A stretch of DNA of 62,638 nucleotides from a candidate division WOR-3 bacterium (lineage in GTDB: Bacteria; Hydrothermota; Tepidihabitantia; Tepidihabitantales; Tepidihabitantaceae): assembly GCA_965649205.1 (NCBI GenBank), contig CBFGJV010000010.1:23764-86401 (forward strand), in the 5' to 3' direction. Positions 38,651-48,492 of the stretch are shown one piece after another. The notes below the pieces were generated by a model. It saw only the letters and a program-made list of their open reading frames with translations. It had not been told where the DNA came from and did not search any database. Position 1 is the first letter of the stretch; every line of letters starts with the position of its first letter. A program made the translations under genes and the position numbers.

Positions 38651-41503
38651 CTATCTGTTCAGTATTTGGCGATAGGCGGCCAGCACAAAAGCATCCTGCT
38701 CATGCTTACTGCTTCGCTTTAGTATTTCATGCACTTCCTCGTTCTGTAGTTTCGCCAAACCCTGTACCGCTGCCAACCGGACGAATACGCTAGAATGCTT
38801 CAGGTACGGAACTAACCTGCGCCATACGACAGACTGGGTGCTCACCTGGGAAGAATCAAGCCTCGCAGCAATTTCTGCACCGGCCTTCAGTGCATGACCA
38901 AGGGCCGGTGGTCGCAATTGACCCCAAGCCTTGAGCAACGAATCCAGACACGAAGCGCCCATACTGACCAGTGCCATCTCTGCGGCAGACCGTACGGTGA
39001 AAAACTTGTCCCCTAACGCGCACAACAATTGCGGGATTGCCACTGGATTTCTCAGCTTACCACAGGCTTCAGCTGTAACTATCCGTGTAGGTTCATGTTT
39101 ATCCTTCAGCAGATAAAGAATATGGAGCACCACCAGCGAATCTCCTATATCCCCAAATGCGCTTGCTGCTCGCCTTGAGCTTATGCGTTTTTCCCGCAAC
39201 GCTAGTAACAAAGAATCAACTGCCACTTTTGCCTCACGGCCCATTTTTCCCAACCAGTAGGCAGCATTGTTTCGTGCTTGCCAACGGTTGTCTCGTAACG
39301 CTTTCAAAAGGAATGGCCTAGCCGTGTCAGGCCAAGCCTTCACTAGTTCTTCTATTGCCCGGGACTCCAGTCCATCTTTCGTATCCAGCTTCTTTTCAAA
39401 TACATACTCGATTGCCCGACGTCCAGCAGCCAAAAGTTGACGTCGAGCCTGTCTCACCCTGGCCCGAGCATTACCCACTTCCCAACTGGAAGCAATTCGG
39501 AAAATAGAATCCAGCGTTAGGCTGAGAAGGTCGTCTTCAACCAGACTATCTCCCACTACTGCTTCATCGCCCGGAACCGGATACAATCCGGCATCAATGC
39601 CGAAGCCGTAATTGCCACTCCCCCAGCAACTACTGTCCTGTCCCGCACTCCCCGCTGTGTAGCAATCTTTACCGGCCAAGTCAAGGAAACTTCCCACGCT
39701 GGCAAAACCTCGCGCCGCCACAGCACCCCCCAGGGCAGCGGCCTCAGAACAGGAATACATGTCATTGCCGGTAACATCACAAAAAAGACCCACCGCATTG
39801 CTCAAAGCCATACCCATGCCGCCAGAAGCATGGTAAACATCGTCACCCCTACGGTCGAGTAGCACACCGACTGACAGGTCGTGTCCCGAACCCTGACTGG
39901 GTCCTAGCCGAGAGTAATAGGAGTCATTGCCTTCATTATCCAAAAGACAGCCAACAGCGAGATGGATGCCTGCGCCCTGCGCGTACTGGGCTGCCGTATA
40001 GTGGTCGTAACCTGAACCGTCCCAAAGCACCCCAAGGCTATACCAATACGCAGTACCTTGGGCATATACCTCAGCGTTGTAGAAATCGTTTCCCGTTTTG
40101 TCGTACAAAAAACCTATTCCACCCGCTGCATCCGGTCTCCAGCCTACAGCAAAACCCTGACCAAAAGACCTGTTCTCCTGCGGGAGCAGAGGCTCGTGCC
40201 GGTATCTGCCACCGGCAAAGTAACCGTCGTTTCCTTCGTAGTCAGCACAAACCCCGAACCCCCATGTGGAACCAAAACCCTGACAGTAGGCGGACGACCG
40301 GTAGCAGTCATTGCCAAACCGCTCCACAAGAAGCCCATACCCAAAATGTCCCGCCCCCTGCGCGTAATTCCCTGCCGCGTAAATGTCCTCTCCCTCTTCA
40401 TCCCAGAGCAAACCCGTACCCATAATTCCTGCTCCCTGAGCGTAACTGCCTGCTCTGTATGTATCGTTTCCAGACGCATCAATCAGAACCCCTGCCCCCA
40501 GACAGGCCCCTCCCTGGCTGAATGGCCGATCACATTCGTATCGGTCATTTCCAGCCAAATCAATAACAACACCAAAAGGTCCGCCTAAAAAACCCACCGC
40601 TCCTGCGGCCCGACATAAATAAGTATCATCACCTCCCAACTCTATCACCAAACAGCAGTCCCGTCGATACAGATTGTCTTGCTCCGTCCCGAGCACCACT
40701 AAGCCAAACTCGGTTTCCCAAGCAGCGTACACTTCACCCTGTACGCCAGGTATTAACTCAGACTGCAACACATCAGAAACCCAAACCGGCGCTGTCCGCA
40801 ACAGACGGTAACCTTCCCAAACGGCCAGCACCGTGCTTAAACCACAAAAAGCCAACGACCGGCGGTCCAGCTTCCGCACATAAGCCAACACGCTCTCTGA
40901 TCTGAACCCGGCCGTGTCGTATTCCCGCCCAAACTCTCGATGCAAAATCCCGATCCAGGAAACATCCTTGGCATTATCCTTCTCCTGCCAGAAAGACGGT
41001 GCCTCTCCCAGCAGACAATCGAGTTCTTCAGGCGTGAGGTCTGCTACGGCGCGTCGCAGGTATCGTTCACTCACTCTGAATCCAGCCAGTATCAAACTGA
41101 CAGACTGGGCGATACGAGAAGGCAGAGCGACCAGGTGGCGGCCCTCCCCAGTGGCTCGAATATCCACAGTCTCAGCTAAGATTTCCCGCCACAATCTAGC
41201 CGAATCCTTAGCCCCAAGCCTTACACCCGTCTGCAAACACTGGTGCATAAACAGTCTAGCCGGTGAACTCGTACATCCTTGTGTCCACCCAGCTAAACTG
41301 TCTGCAAAAGCGGCCACTACCAGCGGTTCGTCTAGAAGGCGGTCAACAGCTCTGAGTCTAAAGAAACTGTCTGTTGCCCATTGCTTATAAAACCCCAGTT
41401 CCTCAACGTCAATACCCTTGCTTGCCAAACCCTGTTCCAGAACCAGCCGAGCCTCAGGATGAAAACCTGCTGCCGCAAACACAACCCACAACCAGACACT
41501 CAC
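38651..41503 (-). CDS. Secreted protein with 12 DxxGxDxY repeats and C-terminal HEAT repeats
   Basis: Hydrophobic N-terminus, central repeat block, and HEAT motifs (RNNAAYWLG, RIVTAEACG, VRSAAEMAL, VRLAAVQGL). Confidence 0.75.
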   Translation of the reverse strand: MSVWLWVVFAAAGFHPEARLVLEQGLASKGIDVEELGFYKQWATDSFFRLRAVDRLLDEPLVVAAFADSLAGWTQGCTSSPARLFMHQCLQTGVRLGAKDSARLWREILAETVDIRATGEGRHLVALPSRIAQSVSLILAGFRVSERYLRRAVADLTPEELDCLLGEAPSFWQEKDNAKDVSWIGILHREFGREYDTAGFRSESVLAYVRKLDRRSLAFCGLSTVLAVWEGYRLLRTAPVWVSDVLQSELIPGVQGEVYAAWETEFGLVVLGTEQDNLYRRDCCLVIELGGDDTYLCRAAGAVGFLGGPFGVVIDLAGNDRYECDRPFSQGGACLGAGVLIDASGNDTYRAGSYAQGAGIMGTGLLWDEEGEDIYAAGNYAQGAGHFGYGLLVERFGNDCYRSSAYCQGFGSTWGFGVCADYEGNDGYFAGGRYRHEPLLPQENRSFGQGFAVGWRPDAAGGIGFLYDKTGNDFYNAEVYAQGTAYWYSLGVLWDGSGYDHYTAAQYAQGAGIHLAVGCLLDNEGNDSYYSRLGPSQGSGHDLSVGVLLDRRGDDVYHASGGMGMALSNAVGLFCDVTGNDMYSCSEAAALGGAVAARGFASVGSFLDLAGKDCYTAGSAGQDSSCWGSGNYGFGIDAGLYPVPGDEAVVGDSLVEDDLLSLTLDSIFRIASSWEVGNARARVRQARRQLLAAGRRAIEYVFEKKLDTKDGLESRAIEELVKAWPDTARPFLLKALRDNRWQARNNAAYWLGKMGREAKVAVDSLLLALREKRISSRRAASAFGDIGDSLVVLHILYLLKDKHEPTRIVTAEACGKLRNPVAIPQLLCALGDKFFTVRSAAEMALVSMGASCLDSLLKAWGQLRPPALGHALKAGAEIAARLDSSQVSTQSVVWRRLVPYLKHSSVFVRLAAVQGLAKLQNEEVHEILKRSSKHEQDAFVLAAYRQILNR
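39660..40645 (-). repeat. About 12 tandem ~25-30 aa [DE]xxGxDxY...QG repeats
   Basis: ELGGDDTY, DLAGNDRY, DASGNDTY, DEEGEDIY, ERFGNDCY, DYEGNDGY, DKTGNDFY, DGSGYDHY, DNEGNDSY, DRRGDDVY, DVTGNDMY, DLAGKDCY. Boundaries approximate. Confidence 0.85.
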
Positions 41504-41573
41504 CGGTTCTTCCGCAGAAATCCAATCAAACCTGGTATCAAATCAAGACTCCTTTAGGACATTGCGTTTTGTG

Positions 41574-41601
41574 ACTCTAACTTGCGGTCCCGTCAAGTCA
41601 A
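41574..41601 (-). promoter_or_regulatory. Sigma70-type promoter for the HEAT-repeat gene
   Basis: TTGACT-N16-TAGAGT. Confidence 0.55.
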
Positions 41602-41630
41602 GCTCTGCAAGATTGACTTTGGTGCAATTT

Positions 41631-43175
41631 ATGCTATTAAAACACATTCACAAATATAGACGCTTTTCCGAGTACTTAACGCCCGCTATCCTAACGGCAG
41701 GCTTCGCACTTTCGCGTCTTTTCTATTCGGCACTTGGCGTCAGATTCGACGCCAGTCCTCTCACCTGGTTCTGGCAATATCTTGACCCCCTCTTGCTCAG
41801 AACACGACCGGTACAGAGCATCATCTATCTACACAGCCAGCCTCCCCTGATGAATACATTTCTCGCTCTAGTGCTACACCTATTTCCAGGATACGAAACC
41901 GCGGCATTCCGTTTGACTTTTCTCGGACTCGGACTAACATTCTGCCTGGGCTTGTATCTGGCCCTGGCTAGAATCGGTCTGCCCCGGTCTTTCGCCGCCA
42001 TCGTGGCACTCATATACGTTGCGAGTCCACCCTGTATCCTCTACGAGAATTGGCTTTTTTACACCTATCCGGTAGCAGTATGTCTGGTATGGGCCGCTGT
42101 ATTCTTGCATAGATTTTTGACCCGTCCCAACACCAGAGAAGCTGCCTGCCTGTTCACGATGTTGGCCGCTCTAGCCCTCACTTGGAGTATGTTTCACTTC
42201 TGCTGGCTGCTACTAGGACTCGCGCTTCTGGTCTTGCTTCGGCGGAAACACTGGAAACAACTAGTGGCAGGTGCCGCCGTGCCAGTTCTGCTCGTTTTCA
42301 CGTGGTATGCGAAAAATTTAGTTCTTTTCCGTCAGTTTGCAGCCACGAGTTGGAGTGGTATGAATTTCTCCAAAATTACCAACGCCATGCTCACTGAAGC
42401 AGAGAGAAAACAGCTATATGACCAAGGAATTATCTCCGCGCTTTCCCTCGTCCCGCCGTTTTCTGACCTTGCTGCCTACGGCCAATACCTGTCCCTTCCC
42501 GAAAGTACCGGTATTCCCGCGTTGGACCAGCACCTGAAACAGAGCGGTATAGTCAACTTTAACCACCTGGCCTACATACAAATCTCACGCCAACTAATGC
42601 AGGACAACCTTCGCATCTTGAAATACCGGCCTCAGGCGTATGTCCGAGGCCTTGCAGAGTCCTACTTGAATTTTCTACTGCCTTCCAGCGCCTATCTTTT
42701 CCTTTCAGAAAACAGAAAACGCATACAAACTCTGGCCCGGCTATGGGACATAGTCGCCTGCGGCCGATTTCAGTACAACCTGGTGCCGCAACTGCGTCGT
42801 CACCATCTGGCTGCCTACTATCGCCGCGCCTTCACCAACATCGGTTTCTGGATTCTTGCCGCCTACCTCGCTGCCTTCGTGCTCGGGCTGTTGCAATTGC
42901 GCGGCGCTCGGCACCAGAGTCTGCAGTCGCTTTTCTTTCTCTTTCTCTGGTTTGTAGTATTTTCTCTGGTACTTGTAGGCAACCAGGTTGAAGTAGGTGA
43001 AAACAACCGATTTCGCTTTGCGCTTGACCCGTTGGTGCTGATAATGCTGAGTCCCTCACTCTGGCAGATTATCCAACAGCTAATAGCTAGAGTCCCTCAC
43101 CCAACGAAACATCCAAAGTCAAAGTCTTGCCACAAAACTAAGGACGCTGCCACCCCCTCGCATTCCCGGAGATAA
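41631..43175 (+). CDS. Polytopic membrane protein, probable GT-C-fold glycosyltransferase (start uncertain)
   Basis: About 10-12 TM segments, HSQPP in the first loop, YENWLFY, a large soluble loop and a C-terminal ENNRFRF. Confidence 0.55.
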   Translation: MLLKHIHKYRRFSEYLTPAILTAGFALSRLFYSALGVRFDASPLTWFWQYLDPLLLRTRPVQSIIYLHSQPPLMNTFLALVLHLFPGYETAAFRLTFLGLGLTFCLGLYLALARIGLPRSFAAIVALIYVASPPCILYENWLFYTYPVAVCLVWAAVFLHRFLTRPNTREAACLFTMLAALALTWSMFHFCWLLLGLALLVLLRRKHWKQLVAGAAVPVLLVFTWYAKNLVLFRQFAATSWSGMNFSKITNAMLTEAERKQLYDQGIISALSLVPPFSDLAAYGQYLSLPESTGIPALDQHLKQSGIVNFNHLAYIQISRQLMQDNLRILKYRPQAYVRGLAESYLNFLLPSSAYLFLSENRKRIQTLARLWDIVACGRFQYNLVPQLRRHHLAAYYRRAFTNIGFWILAAYLAAFVLGLLQLRGARHQSLQSLFFLFLWFVVFSLVLVGNQVEVGENNRFRFALDPLVLIMLSPSLWQIIQQLIARVPHPTKHPKSKSCHKTKDAATPSHSRR

Positions 43176-43197
43176 ACAATTCTGTGTTGTGTAACGT

Positions 43198-45129
43198 TTA
43201 GACCGGCTCTATCAGCATCAGAGGCTGACCGTACTCTACCGAACTCCCATCCTCCACCAGAATATCAACAATACGACACTTCTTCTCAGCTTGAATTTCA
43301 TTCATCAGCTTCATTGCCTCTATGATACACAGAGCCTGACCCGGTTCGACCGTGTCTCCTTTTTCTACAAAAGCGGGGGCATCAGGCCTGGGGCGCAGAT
43401 AGACGGTACCTACCATGGGCGAAACCACTTCTTCTGTCTTTGCTCCCGACTGCCCAGTCGGTTGAGGCTGAGTGGAAACGACAGGAGCAGAATCAGCTGC
43501 AGTCCCCTGTATATTAGTTGGGAGTGACACAGACGGCGCCAATTGCACCTGGGTATGCGACGGGGCGGCATGACTCGGAATAGCTTGTTCGCCGCCTCGA
43601 CGCAATTTCACCCTGTCCTTATTGTGTTCCCACTCCAGCTCTGTAACCTGGTGGGAAGCCACCAACGAGATAAGTTCGCGCACCGTCTCCAAATCTATCT
43701 CGTCTCTGGGTAACAATGGCTTGGGAGCTTCCTGAGATTTTAGCTTTTCTGTTTGAGCTGCAGTCTGTCTTGTCTCCGCTTCAGATTGGGGAACAGGATT
43801 TTTACGCCATTGAAAAAACTTCAGCGCTACCTCAGGGAAAAGTGCGTAGGATATGTAATCTTCCTCTTTCTGCACCAAATCCTTTGGCAGTTCCTTGCGG
43901 ACCTTTGGCATCAGCGGTTCTAATCTGTCCGCCGGACGGCCTTTCAGGGGTTTTTCACCGCCCAGAACCTTAGCTAAAACTGATTCGCGGATAGGTGCAG
44001 GAGGACGACCATACAAACCCAGACAATAGTCCCTCACCTCTTTGGGGACCATCTTGTAGCGTTCGCCTGCCAGCACATTCATTACCGCCTGCACACCAAC
44101 TATCTGGCTAGTAGGAGTTACCAGTGGAGGGTAACCCAAATCTTCTCTCACGCGCGGTACCTCTTCCAATACCTCAGGCAAGCGGTCACTGGCCTTTTGC
44201 TCTTTGAGCTGAGCCAGCAAATTGGAAACCATGCCTCCGGGTATCTGGTGAGTTAGCACCATAGAATCAACTATCTTGTTTCCAGGCACACAGCGAATTT
44301 CAGAAAGTCTAGCAAAGTGCTGTTCTATAATCTCCATCTCTTTGGTGTTCAAACTTGGTTCCCGGTCTGTCCCAGCAAAACAGGCCAACATTGTCTCTGC
44401 CGCCGGTTGAGACGAAGAAAACGCCATTGAGGCTGTGGCCGTGTCTATAACATCTACGCCAGCCTCTGCTGCCTTTAAATAGCTGGCTACAGCCATCCCA
44501 CTGGAAGCATGACAGTGAAGCTGAACTGGTAGCTTGATCTCGGTCTTTAGTGCACTCACCAAGTCGTATGCCATCTTTGGCGCCAATATGCCAGCCATGT
44601 CTTTTATGCAGATGGAATCCACCCCCATATCTCGTTGTTCGGCAGCACGAGCTAGGTAATATTCCAACGTTTGTACCGGACTGATGGCGTAACATAAAGT
44701 ACCCTGCGCATGTCTACCAGTCTGTTTCACATAATATACGGCTTTCTCCAGATTGCGGGGATCATTAAGTGCATCAAATATACGGAATATATCCACACCC
44801 CGCTCTGCCGCCTTCTTTATGAACTCTTCCAGGACATCATCCGGGTAGTTACGGTAACCAACCACATTCTGGCCGCGTAGAAGCATCTGCAGACTGGTTT
44901 TTCTGACCTTGGAACGAATCTCCGACAAACGCTCCCAGGGGTCTTCGTTGAGATACCGCAAACAGACGTCAAATGTAGCACCGCCCCACACCTCCAGAGA
45001 AAGATATCCTACCCGGTCAAGATGCTCTAGCACAGGCCGCATATCTTCTATTCGCATCCTGGTTGCCCAGAGCGACTGGTGCGCGTCACGCAATGTGGTA
45101 TCAGTGAACTTTATCGGATTCTTTACCAT
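43198..45129 (-). CDS. Pyruvate/oxaloacetate carboxyltransferase fused to an AccB-type biotin carboxyl carrier
   Basis: RDAHQSL, EVWGGATFD, IKDMAG, HCH, PPLVTPTSQIVG; C-terminal SPMVGTVY...IIEAMKLMNEI. Confidence 0.92.
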   Translation of the reverse strand: MVKNPIKFTDTTLRDAHQSLWATRMRIEDMRPVLEHLDRVGYLSLEVWGGATFDVCLRYLNEDPWERLSEIRSKVRKTSLQMLLRGQNVVGYRNYPDDVLEEFIKKAAERGVDIFRIFDALNDPRNLEKAVYYVKQTGRHAQGTLCYAISPVQTLEYYLARAAEQRDMGVDSICIKDMAGILAPKMAYDLVSALKTEIKLPVQLHCHASSGMAVASYLKAAEAGVDVIDTATASMAFSSSQPAAETMLACFAGTDREPSLNTKEMEIIEQHFARLSEIRCVPGNKIVDSMVLTHQIPGGMVSNLLAQLKEQKASDRLPEVLEEVPRVREDLGYPPLVTPTSQIVGVQAVMNVLAGERYKMVPKEVRDYCLGLYGRPPAPIRESVLAKVLGGEKPLKGRPADRLEPLMPKVRKELPKDLVQKEEDYISYALFPEVALKFFQWRKNPVPQSEAETRQTAAQTEKLKSQEAPKPLLPRDEIDLETVRELISLVASHQVTELEWEHNKDRVKLRRGGEQAIPSHAAPSHTQVQLAPSVSLPTNIQGTAADSAPVVSTQPQPTGQSGAKTEEVVSPMVGTVYLRPRPDAPAFVEKGDTVEPGQALCIIEAMKLMNEIQAEKKCRIVDILVEDGSSVEYGQPLMLIEPV

Positions 45130-46504
45130 ATCTATTTAGAATCTCCTGCACTATTACTTCTAACCTCATTTGTCTTGAACCCTTGACGAGGATTGTATCC
45201 CCTGGCTTCACAATGTCAAACAACTCTACCGCAGCTTCAGCACTGTTAGCGTAGAGCCGAACAGACGACGGGTCCATCTTGGATTTAACGGCTACGGCGG
45301 CTGCATGCTGGCCCCACTGTCCGACAAAGGCCACTCTATCTACACATCGCGCTACGTGCTGACCGAGGACAGAGTGAGCTTCCTGCGCAAATCCTCCCAA
45401 TTCCAGCATATCCCCCAAAAAGGCTACTCGCCTGCCAGTCTCAGCCGACTGGCAGAGCAGGTCTATTGCCGCTTCCATAGACTGAGGGTTAGCATTGTAG
45501 CAATCGTCTATGAGTGTGATCGTGCCCAGACGAAGAACCTGAAGTCTATGCTCCGGCAAACGGAGACGACTGATCCGCTCCGGCATTTGCGCGTATTCCA
45601 TTCCTAAGGCCCTAGCTGCCCCACATGCGGCTAAGAAATTCATTATGTTATGTCTACCAGGCACAGTAAGTCGTACAGGAAACTGCCCTTGCAACTTAAA
45701 ACTGGTACCTTCCAAACCCAGATCGACAATCTCAGTTGCAAAAACCTCGGCCCGTTCCCGTAGCCCGAAAGTAATGCAGCCCGAACGACATACCCGTCCC
45801 GAAATATTCATTACAGCCGGATCATCTGCATTGACCACCGCCCAGTCTTTCTCAGACAGCTCGGCCAGCAGCTCTGCTTTCTCCAGTGACACGCCATAGC
45901 GACTCTTCATAAACTCCAGGTGTGTATCTCCGACATTGGTAACTACGCCCACCTCTGGCTGGCAAACTCGCGCTAAAGCCCTGGTCCCGCCCAGACGATT
46001 CATCTCTATCTCAAAAACTCCCACCTCTGTATCCACTCCCATCCGAAAAACAGTTAGGGGAACGCCAATATCATTGTTATAACTGGAAAAAGCGCTCACG
46101 ACTCGAAATCTGCCGGCAAGAATAGTAGCTATCATTTCTCGTGTCGTGGTCTTACCATTACTCCCTGTCACTGCCACTACCCTTACGGGCAGCTTCCGGC
46201 GGTAGAAGGCAGCCAAATCGTTCAGTGCCTGCCTGGTATCCCGTACCACCACCGCTTGAGCAGCTGCAGGCAAAGCCGTCGCGTCAGAAATAACCAGCGC
46301 AGCCGCACCCCTATTTACAGCTTCCTCGCAAAAATTGTGTCCGTCGAATCTCTCTCCCTTAATGGCAAAGAACAGGTCGCCCGGTGTCACGGTCCGCGAA
46401 TCTATTGATACGCCTGTTACCGTCTTCCTGCCCGAGCCCAAGAGTTGACCTTGACAGGCCTGGACAACTTCTTCTATCCGTAAAGGTTCCATAACATTTT
46501 TCAA
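45101..46504 (-). CDS. murF: UDP-N-acetylmuramoyl-tripeptide--D-alanyl-D-alanine ligase
   Basis: SIDSR, GERFDGH, VTGSNGKTTT, YNNDIGVP, DCYNANP, LGDMLELG and LVKGSR. Confidence 0.95.
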   Translation of the reverse strand: MKNVMEPLRIEEVVQACQGQLLGSGRKTVTGVSIDSRTVTPGDLFFAIKGERFDGHNFCEEAVNRGAAALVISDATALPAAAQAVVVRDTRQALNDLAAFYRRKLPVRVVAVTGSNGKTTTREMIATILAGRFRVVSAFSSYNNDIGVPLTVFRMGVDTEVGVFEIEMNRLGGTRALARVCQPEVGVVTNVGDTHLEFMKSRYGVSLEKAELLAELSEKDWAVVNADDPAVMNISGRVCRSGCITFGLRERAEVFATEIVDLGLEGTSFKLQGQFPVRLTVPGRHNIMNFLAACGAARALGMEYAQMPERISRLRLPEHRLQVLRLGTITLIDDCYNANPQSMEAAIDLLCQSAETGRRVAFLGDMLELGGFAQEAHSVLGQHVARCVDRVAFVGQWGQHAAAVAVKSKMDPSSVRLYANSAEAAVELFDIVKPGDTILVKGSRQMRLEVIVQEILNRYGKESDKVH

Positions 46505-47532
46505 ACTATAAGCATGGCATCGCCAAAACTGTAAAACCTGTATCGCTCAGTCACAGCATGAGCATACGCACGGAGTACAATCTCCCTGCCGGCGAAAGCA
46601 CACACCAACATCAGCAAGGTGGACCTGGGTAGATGGAAATTTGTCAGCAGGGCTCCTGTCACTTTCCATTGGTATCCAGGCAAAATGTAAAGGTCTGTTT
46701 CCCCCTGACCGGCTTCCACCTCCCAAGCGGAGTCTGCTCCTGACCGCAGTCGCGCTCTACTCTCCAGCACACGCACCGTTGTCGTACCGCAGCACACTAT
46801 TCTCCGCCCCTCGGCCAGGGCCCGATTGACCTGCTCCGCGGTCTTGTCTGTAACTTGAAACTGCTCTGCTTGCAACTTATGCTCCTCAGCGGTCAAAGTC
46901 TTCACCGGCCGGAAACTGCCAGCTCCGACGTGGAGAGTAACGGTTGCCAACTCCACACCTTTGTCCTGAAGAACTTTCAGGATCTCCGGAGTAAAATGCA
47001 ATCCGGCCGTTGGTGCCGCCACCGCACCCGGAAGTTCAGCATATACTGTCTGGTACCGTTCTGGTTCGTCACACTTCTTCCGGATATAAGGCGGAAGCGG
47101 CATCTCTCCCTGTTCTTCCAGCAAAGGTCCTACGTCCGCCGGCTCAAAGGAGACCAACCGGATTCCGTCCGGCAGTACCGTCAAGATGGTCGCCTCGTAA
47201 TCGCGGAATCGTACTTTTGTACCTGGCCGAGCTTTCCTCGCCGGCCGGGCCAGTGCTGACCAGACCCCGTTCCCTTGACTGCGCAACAACAGAAATTCCA
47301 CGCTGCGACCTGTTTCCAGTTTACCATAGATACGAGCGGGAATTACTTTAGTGTTATTCAAGACCAGGAGGTCCTTAGGACCCAACCAGTTCACAATATT
47401 GGCAAATACTGCATCATGGATTCGGCCGGTATTCCTTTCCAGTACCAGCAATCGGGAGCTGTCTCGTTCTGGTAAAGGTTCCTGGGCAATAAGGTCTTGG
47501 GGAAGTTCGTAGTCGAAATCAGAAACAAGCAT
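46501..47532 (-). CDS. queA: S-adenosylmethionine:tRNA ribosyltransferase-isomerase
   Basis: FDYELP, PLPPYI, YQTVYA, AAPTAGLHFT, TNFHLPRSTL and YRFYSFGDAM. Confidence 0.97.
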   Translation of the reverse strand: MLVSDFDYELPQDLIAQEPLPERDSSRLLVLERNTGRIHDAVFANIVNWLGPKDLLVLNNTKVIPARIYGKLETGRSVEFLLLRSQGNGVWSALARPARKARPGTKVRFRDYEATILTVLPDGIRLVSFEPADVGPLLEEQGEMPLPPYIRKKCDEPERYQTVYAELPGAVAAPTAGLHFTPEILKVLQDKGVELATVTLHVGAGSFRPVKTLTAEEHKLQAEQFQVTDKTAEQVNRALAEGRRIVCCGTTTVRVLESRARLRSGADSAWEVEAGQGETDLYILPGYQWKVTGALLTNFHLPRSTLLMLVCAFAGREIVLRAYAHAVTERYRFYSFGDAMLIV

Positions 47533-47568
47533 GTTCAGTAGTAAACATCCTGATATGCGACGTTACGC

Positions 47569-48492
47569 TCAGCAATCCGATGTAGTCTGTCCCGAAGGCA
47601 AATCTGCTCCGGTTAACCGCCTATATGCTTCCCGATACCGCCTGGCTGTACCCTCAATTACTTCATTGGGTAACTTGGGCGCGGGCGGCTGTTTGTTCCA
47701 GCCGATACGCTCCAAGTAATCTCGCACGAACTGTTTGTCAAAACTGGGCGGCGAAGTACCAGGTTTGTACTCCTTTTCGTCCCAAAAACGGGAAGAATCT
47801 GGCGTAAGTGCCTCATCAATCCAGACGAGTTCGTCCCCGTCCAGACCAAATTCAAACTTCGTGTCTGCTATTATGATGCCGCGCCCGCGCGCGTACTCTG
47901 ACGCTTGTCTGTAGATAGACAACGACAATTCTCTGATCTTTTCAGCCAGTTCCCTACCAACCAAGTCCGCGGCTTGCTCCTGGGTGATGTTTTCATCATG
48001 TCCAATTTGAGCTTTAGTAGAGGGCGTGAAGATGGGTTCGGGCAAGCGGTCACCCTGCTTCAGGCCAGCAGGAAGCTTGATACCACACACTGTGCCCGAA
48101 AGTTGATACTCCTTCCAACCACTTCCGGCTAAATAACCGCGCACTACACACTCCACAGGCAGGGGGCGGGTTTTCCTTACCAACATCGAACGTCCCTCAA
48201 GCAGAGAACGATACCGAGAAAGCTCACCAGGAAATTTCTCCACCTTTGTGGTTATAACGTGATGAGGGACCATGTCACGAAAATGCTCAAACCAGAAGAG
48301 TGAAAGTTGCGTTAAAACCCGCCCCTTGTCCGGAATTGGATCAGTCAACACAACGTCAAACGCGGACAGGCGGTCAGTGGCAACTATCAGCAAACAGGGT
48401 TTCCCTTCCCAGCTCCCTGCTTCGAAAATGTCCCTGACCTTACCCCGCGCAGCCAGGCGTATCCCGGGCAACTCTACAGTCTGCACAATCAT
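47569..48492 (-). CDS. purC: SAICAR synthase
   Basis: GKVRDI, TDRLSAFD, ECVVRGYLAGSG, IADTKFEFG, DEALTPDSSRFW and DKQFVR. Confidence 0.97.
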   Translation of the reverse strand: MIVQTVELPGIRLAARGKVRDIFEAGSWEGKPCLLIVATDRLSAFDVVLTDPIPDKGRVLTQLSLFWFEHFRDMVPHHVITTKVEKFPGELSRYRSLLEGRSMLVRKTRPLPVECVVRGYLAGSGWKEYQLSGTVCGIKLPAGLKQGDRLPEPIFTPSTKAQIGHDENITQEQAADLVGRELAEKIRELSLSIYRQASEYARGRGIIIADTKFEFGLDGDELVWIDEALTPDSSRFWDEKEYKPGTSPPSFDKQFVRDYLERIGWNKQPPAPKLPNEVIEGTARRYREAYRRLTGADLPSGQTTSDC

